A stretch of DNA of 64,000 bases. Origin: Candidatus Woesearchaeota archaeon (GTDB taxonomy: Archaea; Nanobdellota; Nanobdellia; Woesearchaeales; GW2011-AR9). The stretch covers positions 288,001 to 352,000 of the forward strand of contig JABHQW010000008.1 in NCBI GenBank assembly GCA_018696595.1, written 5' to 3'. Both the position numbers and the translations under genes were made by a program. Positions 1 to 9,161 of this stretch are shown piece by piece. The notes beneath the pieces are model-generated. The model did no database searches and was not told the DNA's origin. It saw only the letters and a list, made by a program, of their open reading frames with translations. How positions within the stretch are numbered: position 1 is the stretch's first letter; every line of letters begins with the position of its first letter.

Positions 1-1119
1 TGTTCCTAATAACAAAGAACTAAACATAAGTACTAAAATTAAGATTGAGGGGAATAAGTAACCTAAGAATGTGTTGTCTTCACTTACTTTTTCAATTTTA
101 GTTGTTAAGGGATTAGTAATTGTATTTGCGTCAGTAATCTTCTGTCCTTCAATTGTGTTAATGACCTCATTTAATCCCGCTTGTACGCTATCAATTGTTG
201 TTGCACTTTCACTTAATGCACTTGTAACAGAAGCTAAATTAGAGTTTGTACTGTCTACTGCAGAGGCAGCAGCAGTTAATTTTTCTTTTGCAGCAGTTAA
301 GTCTGCTTGCATAGCAGTAACCATAGCACCAATTCCTACACTATCACTTACATTTGATCCAGACAATTCGTCCAAAGCATCTTGTAATGGTTTCTTGATT
401 GCAGTTTTACTTGAAGTGATGTTAGCATTATCTACCGCAGTAATTGCTTTTTCAATTTTAGTGACTGCTGTACTAAGACTGGTACTAATTCCTGCAATTG
501 CAGTTGTATCATACACTCCTACCGGGGCATTTAAATCTAAACCAGACAAACTAGATTTTGCAGCTGCTGCTGTTGAAGATGCAGAAGATGTTTTTTCTTT
601 CAAAGCATCAACTTCAGTTTTCTTAGCAGCAATTGTGTTTTTAGTACTTGTAATTCTTGTAAGAACATCTTGAGTAAGTTCTTGAGAGATTTCTTGTGCT
701 TTAATGTTAAATTTACTTTTTACTGTTTCCTGAATCATCCACACTAAATTAACTTTACTTGGATCAATATGGAACGTAACTTCTTTTTGTTCATTTCCAG
801 TTGGCTGTAAGCTTTCAGGAAGAGAAATACATGTATGGAGTGTACCTTTTTTAACATCATCAATACAATTTTCTAATGAAGACTCATACTTACTAATGCT
901 AAACTCTTCTTCTTGTAACACTGCGATAAATGAATTTACATCTTCAGTATAAGAGGGGGCATAAATTCCAATGTTTAATCCATATTGTTCAGAAGTGTTG
1001 TAAGATAATCCTAATAATAAAATAATAATCAGTGGAGCAAAAATAATAATCAGGGCTGACGCTTTAGATCGGACTAATAGTTTAATATTCTTTTTAGTCA
1101 ATAACCATAACGATCTCAT
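1..1119 (-). CDS. ABC-2 type transporter permease with large extracellular helical domain (3' end runs off the window)
   Basis: Not in ORF track. Read manually from ATG at 1119: MRSLWLLTKKNIKLLVRSKASALIIIFAPLIIILLLG..., a long Ala/Ser/Thr-rich helical region, then TFLGYLFPSILILVLMFSSLLLGT at the window edge. Lies directly downstream of an ABC ATPase. Confidence 0.8.
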   Translation of the reverse strand, partial: MRSLWLLTKKNIKLLVRSKASALIIIFAPLIIILLLGLSYNTSEQYGLNIGIYAPSYTEDVNSFIAVLQEEEFSISKYESSLENCIDDVKKGTLHTCISLPESLQPTGNEQKEVTFHIDPSKVNLVWMIQETVKSKFNIKAQEISQELTQDVLTRITSTKNTIAAKKTEVDALKEKTSSASSTAAAAKSSLSGLDLNAPVGVYDTTAIAGISTSLSTAVTKIEKAITAVDNANITSSKTAIKKPLQDALDELSGSNVSDSVGIGAMVTAMQADLTAAKEKLTAAASAVDSTNSNLASVTSALSESATTIDSVQAGLNEVINTIEGQKITDANTITNPLTTKIEKVSEDNTFLGYLFPSILILVLMFSSLLLGT

Positions 1120-1159
1120 AGTGCCTACCTCTTTTTTTAAATGAAATTAATTGGGAATT

Positions 1160-2119
1160 TTATTCTCCAATTACATCTTCTTCTTGAGCAATTTTTTCAA
1201 ATACTTCATGCAAAGATGGTTTACGTAAATCTAAATCATGTAAATTTAAATTGTCTTCTTTAATCACGCTCATTAAACTATCCATAGTTTTTCCTAAAGT
1301 TTCTGGATAAATTACTAAACTATGTCCCTTATCAACAATTTTCTTGAAGTGAAGGTCTTTAATTTTTTCTAAAAGTTGTTCTTTTTCTTTTCCAGACTGA
1401 ACGTTAATAGTAAGGTGATCTTTTAGATAAGGTTTTTTAACATCTTCAATCAGGCCGTGACTATGAACTTTTCCTTTGTGGACAATCGCGACTTTGTTAC
1501 AAATTTTCTCAATGTTTCCTAAATTATGAGATGCAATAACAATTGTAACTCCTTGTCGGCTAACTTCATCAAGAAGACGAAGAATTTCTTTTTGTAAGAT
1601 CGGATCTAAATCTGCAGTTGGCTCATCTAAAACTAACAATTTTGGTTTATGAACTAAACTACAAGAAATATCTAGTCGTTTTTGCATTCCTCCGGAAAGA
1701 TGTTCTGCTAATTTCTTCTTGTGATGACTTAACTTAGTGAACTCTAATAAATTATTAATGTTATGTTCCAATGTTTTTTTATCAATTTTGTAAAGTTTCC
1801 CGAAATGGATTAAGTTTTCTTTAACTGTTAATTTTGGATAAAAAGAATTGTGTTGCGGTGTAAAACCAAAATGCCTTTTAATTCTATGCAAATTGTCATT
1901 CAGATCTTTTTCTTTTCCTTCCACTTTAGAAAAATAAACCACTTCACCTTTACTGGGTTCAATGAAACCAATAATAAGATTTAATAATGTTGTTTTTCCA
2001 CTTCCGGATTGGCCAATAACTCCTAGAACATCTCCCGCTTCTAAAGTTAGATTTACATCTCTGAGAATATTTTTCTTCTTGTACTGCTTGGTCACCCCTT
2101 TTAATCTTATTAATTCCAC
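1160..2119 (-). CDS. ABC transporter ATP-binding protein (exporter type)
   Basis: Walker A GQSGSGKT, signature LSGGM, Walker B LLVLDEP, H-loop SHN. Confidence 0.95.
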   Translation of the reverse strand: MELIRLKGVTKQYKKKNILRDVNLTLEAGDVLGVIGQSGSGKTTLLNLIIGFIEPSKGEVVYFSKVEGKEKDLNDNLHRIKRHFGFTPQHNSFYPKLTVKENLIHFGKLYKIDKKTLEHNINNLLEFTKLSHHKKKLAEHLSGGMQKRLDISCSLVHKPKLLVLDEPTADLDPILQKEILRLLDEVSRQGVTIVIASHNLGNIEKICNKVAIVHKGKVHSHGLIEDVKKPYLKDHLTINVQSGKEKEQLLEKIKDLHFKKIVDKGHSLVIYPETLGKTMDSLMSVIKEDNLNLHDLDLRKPSLHEVFEKIAQEEDVIGE

Positions 2120-2184
2120 AGCATAAAAGAATAATTATTAGTATATAAATGTTTTCTTCAATTAAACTTACTTAATCGTATCCA

Positions 2185-2463
2185 CTAAACTTTATGTTCT
2201 TTTCTTAGTGCATGGATATAAGCAATCTGGTGCGCTTTTAATTTTATTAGAACTTTGTTATGTTTTTTCATTAAACTATGGATGTCTTCTGTGGTTTTAG
2301 TATGTTTCTTCTTATGTTTGGAACGAGCACCTTCTGTTTCTGCTTTAGTATGTTTATCAACATGTTTTTTTGCTTTCTTACTTAAACGTTTAATTCTTTT
2401 ATTTAAAACAAGCAATTCTTTAGAATGAACATACAAATAACCCGCTTCATTAACTAAACCCAT
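2185..2463 (-). CDS. Hypothetical basic, His/Lys-rich helical protein
   Basis: 92-aa ORF with a TATA-like element upstream; no recognised motif. Confidence 0.55.
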   Translation of the reverse strand: MGLVNEAGYLYVHSKELLVLNKRIKRLSKKAKKHVDKHTKAETEGARSKHKKKHTKTTEDIHSLMKKHNKVLIKLKAHQIAYIHALRKEHKV

Positions 2464-2524
2464 ACAGAAAGAATTCTTTTAATGTTTATAAATTTAATTA
2501 TAGTTACAATATTTTACCATTTAC

Positions 2525-3199
2525 TTACTTTTTAATAATGATCATACAGTGATCTTTCTCCAGCGGGTCAAGAGTTTTGTAATCAATAACCGTAAATATT
2601 TTGTCAAGCGCTGTTCGAATCTTAACAAAAATGTCTTCTGGTCTTCTTTTAACGTCAATACTTCTGGCTTTTACTGCTAACAAACCATAACCGCCTTTTT
2701 TCAAATACATGTTACAATTTCTTACAAAAATGTCCATTTGATTCTTCTGAGCAATATCTTGGTAAACAATATCTGCTTGACAAACTCTTTCAATATATTC
2801 TTCTGGGTGGTTTGCGTCTGCTAAAACTGGAATTAAGTTTTTTCTTTGTTCTGCCAAGAAAACAAAATCTCTCATTACTCTCGGAGCAGGATCAACTCCA
2901 AAGATTAATCCTTCTTCTCCAACAATATCAGAAACAAAACTAGGTGTGTAACCATGGGAACTTCCTAAATATAAAACCACATCATTCTTTCTGATTCCAA
3001 TGTTAGTGCAACCTTTCATAATCATTGCTGCTAACTTACTTCTTTGTGGATCAAACTCTCTGTACTCATCTTTTCCATCTCTTGAAGTTCTTTCTTCGAA
3101 ATGTGTTTTTCTAGGAAGAATAGATTTAGTGAAGATTCTTTTACCTCGAGCTTCCTGATAAATTTCAAATAGTTTATGTTCTTTTATTCTTCTACTCAT
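2525..3199 (-). CDS. flpA: Fibrillarin-like rRNA/tRNA 2'-O-methyltransferase
   Basis: YREFDPQRSKLAA, VLYLGSSHGYTPSFVSD, DIVYQDIAQ motifs. Start moved to ATG 3199 (MSRRIKEH), overlapping the upstream stop. Confidence 0.95.
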   Translation of the reverse strand: MSRRIKEHKLFEIYQEARGKRIFTKSILPRKTHFEERTSRDGKDEYREFDPQRSKLAAMIMKGCTNIGIRKNDVVLYLGSSHGYTPSFVSDIVGEEGLIFGVDPAPRVMRDFVFLAEQRKNLIPVLADANHPEEYIERVCQADIVYQDIAQKNQMDIFVRNCNMYLKKGGYGLLAVKARSIDVKRRPEDIFVKIRTALDKIFTVIDYKTLDPLEKDHCMIIIKK

Positions 3200-3707
3200 T
3201 TTTATTATAATGCTCCTCAACTTCTAAATAGCCCCAACCAATTGTTTGTTCCATTGTAAACCCAAGCTTTTCAACATATTCTTTAACTTCTTCTGCGGTT
3301 GGTGCTTCAATTTCTAAAAAGTGTGGGATCTTTTTCCAATTATCAATTTCAAACCGAACTTTTCCAATCGTATAAGATTCTCTGTGTTTTTTACCTTCAT
3401 GAATTTTTTTCAATCCGCTTCTTTCTAATATTTCAATAGTATCTGCAAAATTGCTTGTATTAACTTCTATCTCTTCTCTCGACTTGAATACTGAACCTCT
3501 ATTTGGGCCTTTAAAACAAAGTTCAACAGTTTCTCCTACCTTTCTTACTCGGATAAAACTGTCTTTCTGATATAATCTCATGTCTGGATGATCGAAAGCA
3601 AGTGCATGTATTTCTCCATCAAAAACTTTCTCTGCCCCTAAATCTAATAGTTTCTTTCTGATCTCTTCAAGATCAATGTCCAAGATTTTCACTTCAATTT
3701 CTTTCAT
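3192..3707 (-). CDS. cyaB: CYTH / class IV adenylate cyclase-like triphosphate tunnel metalloenzyme
   Basis: N-terminal EIEVK (ExExK), RVRK, REEIE, FLEIEA motifs. Confidence 0.88.
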   Translation of the reverse strand: MKEIEVKILDIDLEEIRKKLLDLGAEKVFDGEIHALAFDHPDMRLYQKDSFIRVRKVGETVELCFKGPNRGSVFKSREEIEVNTSNFADTIEILERSGLKKIHEGKKHRESYTIGKVRFEIDNWKKIPHFLEIEAPTAEEVKEYVEKLGFTMEQTIGWGYLEVEEHYNKNE

Positions 3708-3709
3708 TT

Positions 3710-4594
3710 TTACAACTTAACATCTAACTTTTTTTCTAATTCTTTACGATATTCTTTAGCTTTAAACTCACCTTTAAAGAAGTCTAAGCGAGTACATAAC
3801 GATAATTTGTCAGCAAGCATTCTAGCAGCTCTACCTTTTTTTCTTCGTTCAGATCTTTGAATTAATGGGTGGTTTATGATTACTCCATATTTGGGACTTC
3901 GAGAACCTGTTTTAATATGTCTGAATAAAGCTTTCTCTGCTCCCAATAATTGAATTGTGGATGAGGGTAAAAGAGCTAAACGTTTTAAACTTCGGCCAAG
4001 TTCAATCAATTTAGCGCCAATAGTTGCGCCCGCTAATTCTAATAAGTTTGGACAAAACTTTTTCATTACTCCTTCCAAATAAGTTTCATGTTTCTTACGT
4101 AATCCTTGTAATTCACGAATCTGTTTAGCTAATATTAACATTTCATTAACATCTTCTTTTTTTAGGTCTGCACCCATAGTTTCTTTCAACTTTAATTCTT
4201 TCATCAAATCTTCCTTACTCTCACTAATAACCATCTCAACAAACTTTTCTTGGTTGTTCATAACATTTTCAAACTCTGGTAAATATAAAGAGAACCACTC
4301 ACGAAGCCTTTTAATTAGTATATTATTTACTTTATCTAATTCGTTAACGTTAGCAATTGCTTGGATAATTAACATATCTTCTGATACAGAAGCTTTGATT
4401 CCTTTCTTAGTCAATGCTAAATTTTTCTCATAAAACTGAGTATAGTTTTCTCTATCTTTGAATTTTGACAGGACTTCATTTACTTTATTTTTAGGCAATT
4501 GTTCAAGTTTCTCACTAGATTTAGCTTTTTCAATGCTCTTACTTTTAACATCGTAAACAAACTTCCCTAATATATTAGTAAAGGAATATCTCAT
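3710..4594 (-). CDS. nop5: Box C/D sRNP core protein Nop5 (Nop56/58)
   Basis: CPNLLELAGATIGAKLI, PSSTIQLLGAEKALF, PKYGVI, GRAARMLADK Nop-domain motifs; in an operon with flpA. Confidence 0.92.
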   Translation of the reverse strand: MRYSFTNILGKFVYDVKSKSIEKAKSSEKLEQLPKNKVNEVLSKFKDRENYTQFYEKNLALTKKGIKASVSEDMLIIQAIANVNELDKVNNILIKRLREWFSLYLPEFENVMNNQEKFVEMVISESKEDLMKELKLKETMGADLKKEDVNEMLILAKQIRELQGLRKKHETYLEGVMKKFCPNLLELAGATIGAKLIELGRSLKRLALLPSSTIQLLGAEKALFRHIKTGSRSPKYGVIINHPLIQRSERRKKGRAARMLADKLSLCTRLDFFKGEFKAKEYRKELEKKLDVKL

Positions 4595-4645
4595 GGAAAC
4601 TCTACAGAAACGTAAGCTATATAAACTTTCGCTTAAAAAGTATGA

Positions 4646-4726
4646 GTTTAGTTAGCTTTGCCAATGGAGGCACATTTTTTTCCATTGTTTGAAAAAAATA
4701 ATCGTGCCGTGCAAGCTTAACTAAAC
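4646..4726 (+). repeat. Dispersed structured hairpin element, copy 1 (candidate ncRNA or ssDNA hairpin)
   Basis: Outer stem GTTTAGTTAGCTT:AAGCTTAACTAAAC; core TGC-CAATGGA-GGCAC-ATTTTTTTC...GAAAAAAAT-AATC-GTGCC-GTG. Confidence 0.8.
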
Positions 4727-4753
4727 ACATTCCTTAAAATCGAGGGTTTTATA

Positions 4754-5035
4754 ATGCATTTAGATAAAGTTGTTGATGGTCTGAAGAGAGGAGGCAAATT
4801 AGTTTGCCATCGTTGTAACGTTGAGTTAGATCAAGAAAAGTGGACTTCTGAATGGGATTCTAGTAATCCTAACCACCATTACAAATCTGCAATATGTGAA
4901 TGTGGTAAAAAGAATTGGGTCCAAGTAGATTTTCATGGTTCTGGACATGATCGGCATTTACAAGACCCAGATAAAGTAATTGAATCTGCAATTAAGAAAG
5001 TCGCAGATGATCTGCCTAAGACACTTGGGAAATGA
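4754..5035 (+). CDS. Small putative Zn-binding protein
   Basis: CHRC and CEC motifs plus HHY and HGSGHD. Confidence 0.65.
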   Translation: MHLDKVVDGLKRGGKLVCHRCNVELDQEKWTSEWDSSNPNHHYKSAICECGKKNWVQVDFHGSGHDRHLQDPDKVIESAIKKVADDLPKTLGK

Positions 5036-5048
5036 AGCTTCTAATGCC

Positions 5049-5063
5049 GAAACCTTTATAAAC
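5049..5063 (+). promoter_or_regulatory. BRE/TATA promoter of the ribosomal superoperon
   Basis: GAAACCTTTATAAAC; the same pattern recurs upstream of many genes in the window. Confidence 0.6.
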
Positions 5064-5089
5064 AAACTCGTTCCCAAGAGAGAAACACG

Positions 5090-5181
5090 ATTATAATCAA
5101 ACTACTTTCCTGAGAAAGTAAGTGATTATAGTTATGATTAGCCTGAAAAGGTGACCAACACCGAATACCGTTCTTTGTTGG
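5090..5181 (+). promoter_or_regulatory. Structured 5' leader of rpl3 operon
   Basis: ATTATAATCA:TGATTATAGT enclosing TACTTTC-CTGA-GAAAGTA; second stem CCAACA:TGTTGG. Confidence 0.45.
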
Positions 5182-5217
5182 AAACCAGTTAAAGGCAATT
5201 TAGGAAGTATAAACAAT

Positions 5218-6183
5218 ATGGGAAAACCACATAATCCAAGACGAGGAAGTATGCAATTTTGGCCTAGAAAAAGGTCTAGACACTCTTTAGCTAGAATTAG
5301 ATCTTGGGCTGAAGAAGGCAAAACTAAACCTCTGGGTTTTATTGGTTATAAAGCAGGAATGACTCATTTGTTGGTTAATGACAACCGGCCGAAATCGTCC
5401 ACAAAAGGAGAAAAGATTTCTATGCCTGTAACTGTTATTGAATGCCCACCAATGATTATGATTGGAGTTTCTTTCTACAAAAAATCTTTATTTGGAGTTC
5501 AAAAATCAACTTCTGTTTTGGCTACAAAAATACCTAAAGAAGTTTCCAGAAAAATTCAATTACCTAAAAAAATCACTAAAAAATTCGACGAAATCAAAGA
5601 ATTTGACGATTTACGATTATTATTTGTATCCACTCCAAATTTAACTGGAACCGGAACGAAGAAACCCAAATTATTAGAAATTGCTTTAGGCGGTTCTAAT
5701 GAAGACAAATTAGCTTTTGCTAAAGAGAATCTTGGTAAGGAAGTTAAAGTTGCAGATGTTTTTGACAGCGGTAAACAAGTAGATGTTCATGGAATTACTA
5801 AGGGAAAAGGTTTCCAAGGAACTGTTAAAAGATTTGGTGTTCCTATTAGACAACACAAATCCGAGAAAACTAAACGAGGAATTGGTAACTTGGGAGCTTG
5901 GACACCTAAAAGAGTTGACTTTAGAGTGCCTCAACCAGGTAAAATGGGATTCCACCTAAGAACCGAATATAATAAACAAATCATTAAAGTTGATAATAAT
6001 GCAGCGGAAGTTAATCCTACTGGTGGATTTCAACAATATGGCTTAATCAAAAATGACTATCTATTATTAAAGGGATCTGTATCAGGTCCTAGGAAAGGTG
6101 CAATTGTATTAACAGCATCAATCCGTGCAAACAAAAAAATAACTAAAGAAGCACCAGGAGTTGCTTACATCCATAAAAAATGA
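5218..6183 (+). CDS. rpl3: 50S ribosomal protein L3 (uL3)
   Basis: PRRGSMQFWPRKR, GYKAGMTH, GKGFQGTVKRFG. Confidence 0.98.
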   Translation: MGKPHNPRRGSMQFWPRKRSRHSLARIRSWAEEGKTKPLGFIGYKAGMTHLLVNDNRPKSSTKGEKISMPVTVIECPPMIMIGVSFYKKSLFGVQKSTSVLATKIPKEVSRKIQLPKKITKKFDEIKEFDDLRLLFVSTPNLTGTGTKKPKLLEIALGGSNEDKLAFAKENLGKEVKVADVFDSGKQVDVHGITKGKGFQGTVKRFGVPIRQHKSEKTKRGIGNLGAWTPKRVDFRVPQPGKMGFHLRTEYNKQIIKVDNNAAEVNPTGGFQQYGLIKNDYLLLKGSVSGPRKGAIVLTASIRANKKITKEAPGVAYIHKK

Positions 6184-6986
6184 AAATACCAATCTTAAGT
6201 CTGGATCAGAAAAAAACAAGTGAGAAAGAATTACCTAATCAGTTCTCCGAATCTTATCGTCCAGATCTAATTAAAAGAGCAGTTCACGCTTTACAATCAG
6301 CGGCTAGACAAGCTTACGGAGCTAAACCTGACGCAGGTATGAGACATTCTTCTGATTTAAGTAAAAGAAGAAGAAAATATCGGGGCTGTTACGGATTTGG
6401 AATCAGTAGAGTTAATCGAAAGATCTTAAGCCGAAGAGGAACTCGAATGCATTGGGTTGGAACATTTTCCCCACAAACTGTTGGTGGAAGAAGATCTCAC
6501 CCTCCTAAAGCTGATAAGATTTTTGAAAAAGATATTAATAAAAAAGAAAACAGAAAAGCAATTCGATCAGCAATCGCTGCTACAATTGATAAAGAGCTTG
6601 TTCAAGGACGAGGTCATAAAGTACCTGAAAGTTATCCATTCATTATTGATTCATCTCTAGAAAAAACAGACAAAACCAAAGATGTTCAAACAATCTTGTT
6701 AAATCTTGGTTTTAAAGATGAATTATCTCGATCATTAATTAAAAAAGTAAGAGCAGGACTTGGAAAAGTTCGAGGAAGAAAATATCAAAGAAAGAAAGGA
6801 ATCTTGATTGTTGTAGGGGAAGATTGTTCTTTACTAAAGGCTGCTAATAATATATCTGGAATAGATGTAGTTAAGGTTAATGCTTTGAATGCAGAATTAT
6901 TAGCTCCTGGGGCAATGCCTGGAAGAGTAACTTTATGGACTGAAAACGCAATCAATATCTTAGAAAAAGATAAACTATTCAACTAA
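6180..6986 (+). CDS. rpl4: 50S ribosomal protein L4 (uL4)
   Basis: RPDLIKRAV, PQTVGGRRSHPPK, LLAPGAMPGRVTLWT. Confidence 0.97.
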   Translation: MKIPILSLDQKKTSEKELPNQFSESYRPDLIKRAVHALQSAARQAYGAKPDAGMRHSSDLSKRRRKYRGCYGFGISRVNRKILSRRGTRMHWVGTFSPQTVGGRRSHPPKADKIFEKDINKKENRKAIRSAIAATIDKELVQGRGHKVPESYPFIIDSSLEKTDKTKDVQTILLNLGFKDELSRSLIKKVRAGLGKVRGRKYQRKKGILIVVGEDCSLLKAANNISGIDVVKVNALNAELLAPGAMPGRVTLWTENAINILEKDKLFN

Positions 6987-7006
6987 TCAAATAAATTCAA
7001 ACAAAA

Positions 7007-7339
7007 ATGGCAAAAAAAACCGAAATCAAAGGAACTGAAACTCAAGAAGTGAAGGAGAATGTTAAGGCAGTTAAAGACTTTAACCCTCATGAGATTATCA
7101 AATATCCTTTATCTACTGAAAGAAGTATTCGTCAAATTGAGTTTGAAAATAGATTATCTTTTGTTGTTCATTCAAGAGCAACTAAAGGAGATATTAAAAG
7201 AGCGGTTGAAGAATTGTTCAAAGTAAGAGTTGTTAAAATTAATGTTCAAAATTCATTCACTGGGGAAAAGAAAGCTTACGTTAAACTAGGGCCAGAAAGT
7301 GTGGCTGCTGATGTAAGTGCAGACTTAGGATTAATTTAG
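7007..7339 (+). CDS. rpl23: 50S ribosomal protein L23 (uL23)
   Basis: IIKYPLSTE, VEELFKVRVVKIN, KKAYVKL. Confidence 0.96.
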   Translation: MAKKTEIKGTETQEVKENVKAVKDFNPHEIIKYPLSTERSIRQIEFENRLSFVVHSRATKGDIKRAVEELFKVRVVKINVQNSFTGEKKAYVKLGPESVAADVSADLGLI

Positions 7340-7347
7340 GTATAAAA

Positions 7348-8049
7348 ATGGGTAAACGAATCATACAACAAAGGCGAGGAAGAGGAACTGGCGCATATCG
7401 TGCACCTAGTTTTAATTACCAAGGTAAAGTTGTCCATAATAATTTAGACACTTCCGGTACTGTTGTAGATATTATTCATTGTGCTGGTCATAGTGCTCCA
7501 TTAATAGAAGTACAATATTTGACTGGAAATAAAAGTTTAGCCTTTGCTCCTGAAAAAATTAAAGTTGGAGATTCAATTATTGTTGGTGGCGAAGAAATTA
7601 AGTCTGGAAACGTATTACGATTAAAAAATGTTCCCGAAGGAACTTTAGTTCATAATTTAGAATTAAGACCTGGAGACGGTGGAAAATTAGTTCGAGCAAG
7701 TGGAAGTTTTGCTAAAGTTGTAGCAAAGACTGAAAAAGCTATCAGAGTTAAATTACCTTCAAATAAAGAAAAATTATTTTTACCTGAATGTCGAGCATCT
7801 ATTGGAATTATTGCTGGTGGTGGAAGATTAGAAAAACCTTTAATGAAAGCAGGAAACAGATTCCATAAAATGAAGGCAAGAAACAAATTATATCCGAAAG
7901 TATGCGGAATCTCTATGAATGCGGTGGACCATCCATTTGGTGGATGTCACAGTACTCATAAAGGAAGACCTACTTTATCTCCAAGAAGCGCACCACCTGG
8001 AAGAAAGGTTGGTAAGATTGCTCCTAGAAGAACAGGTAGGAGAAAATAA
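7348..8049 (+). CDS. rpl2: 50S ribosomal protein L2 (uL2)
   Basis: MGKRIIQQRRGRG, PGDGGKLVRASG, MNAVDHPFGG. Confidence 0.98.
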   Translation: MGKRIIQQRRGRGTGAYRAPSFNYQGKVVHNNLDTSGTVVDIIHCAGHSAPLIEVQYLTGNKSLAFAPEKIKVGDSIIVGGEEIKSGNVLRLKNVPEGTLVHNLELRPGDGGKLVRASGSFAKVVAKTEKAIRVKLPSNKEKLFLPECRASIGIIAGGGRLEKPLMKAGNRFHKMKARNKLYPKVCGISMNAVDHPFGGCHSTHKGRPTLSPRSAPPGRKVGKIAPRRTGRRK

Positions 8050-8094
8050 AATAAAAATAAAATAATATTAAAATATAAACTAAAAAAATAAAAA

Positions 8095-8475
8095 ATGGCA
8101 AAAGAATTAACTTGGCACGGAAAAAGTGAACAGGAAGTAAAGGAAATGGACATTAAGGAGTTCATGAAAGTAATTCCTACTAGACAAAGAAGATCTTTGA
8201 AAAGAGGATTTACTGACGCACAAAAAGCTTTAATGAAACTTATTGAAGCTGATAGTCAGAATATTAAAACCCATTGCCGAGATTTGGTAATTATGCCAAT
8301 CATGTTAGGAAAAATGATTAAAGTGTATAATGGAAAAGACTTTTTCCCGGTTACAGTTACATTAGAAATGTTAGGACATTATTTGGGGGAATTTTCACAA
8401 ACCCGAAAGAGTGTAACTCATAGTTCGGCTGGAGTTGGAGCAACAAGATCAAGTAAAGCTGTTTCAGCAAGATAA
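8095..8475 (+). CDS. rps19: 30S ribosomal protein S19 (uS19)
   Basis: IKTHCRD, VYNGKDF, MLGHYLGEF. Confidence 0.97.
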   Translation: MAKELTWHGKSEQEVKEMDIKEFMKVIPTRQRRSLKRGFTDAQKALMKLIEADSQNIKTHCRDLVIMPIMLGKMIKVYNGKDFFPVTVTLEMLGHYLGEFSQTRKSVTHSSAGVGATRSSKAVSAR

Positions 8476-8498
8476 ATATAAAAAATAAAGATACAAAA

Positions 8499-9161
8499 AT
8501 GACACAAAAAACAAAAGTAGAAAAAAGTGAACACGTTGCTCGGGCTAAAGTAATTAGTGCGTCAATCTCTACTAAGCATTGTGTTGAAATTTGTAAATTT
8601 TTACGATACAAAAATACTGATTTTGCTAAAGATTACTTAGAAAGTGTAATTGATTTGAAAAAACCAATTCCTTTCAAGAAGTTCAATAAAGATACTGGAC
8701 ATAAAGCAGGAATGGCTGCGGGAAGATTCCCTCAGAAAGCTGCTAAAGAGTTTTTGAAATTAATTAAGTCTGCTGAAGCTAATGCTCAGTTTAAAGGATT
8801 AAATACATCTGGATTAAAAATCACTAAAATTTTAGCTAATAAGGCATCAATTCCGGCTACTGGCGGTCGACATAGAAGAGGAACAAAAAGATCTCATGTA
8901 GAAATGGAAGTTGAAGAAGTTGCTGTTAAAAAGAAGGAAGTTAAAAAGAAATCTTCAAAACCTGTTGCGAAGGAAGTAAAAGAAGAGAAGCAACCAGAAA
9001 CTAAAGTAGAAGAGAAAGTTGCGGAAGTTAAAACTGAAGAAGTAGCAAAAGTTGAAGAAAAAGTTGAACTACCTAAAGAAGAAATTAAAGAAACTAATAA
9101 TCAAGAAAATCAAGAAGCAACTAAAGAAGCTGAAAAAGAAGTTGAGGAACAAAAAAAATGA
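8499..9161 (+). CDS. rpl22: 50S ribosomal protein L22 (uL22) with long E/K-rich C-terminal tail
   Basis: ISTKHCVEIC, GRFPQKAA, AEANAQFKGL. Confidence 0.96.
   Translation: MTQKTKVEKSEHVARAKVISASISTKHCVEICKFLRYKNTDFAKDYLESVIDLKKPIPFKKFNKDTGHKAGMAAGRFPQKAAKEFLKLIKSAEANAQFKGLNTSGLKITKILANKASIPATGGRHRRGTKRSHVEMEVEEVAVKKKEVKKKSSKPVAKEVKEEKQPETKVEEKVAEVKTEEVAKVEEKVELPKEEIKETNNQENQEATKEAEKEVEEQKK

Noticed and set aside
71-673. 200-aa + strand ORF in the ORF track
   Set aside because: Antisense shadow of the minus-strand ABC permease (1-1119), which has a coherent TM topology and follows its ATPase.
2613-2621. GTTCGAATC T-loop-like sequence
   Set aside because: Inside flpA with no cloverleaf; no tRNA or rRNA genes were found in the window.
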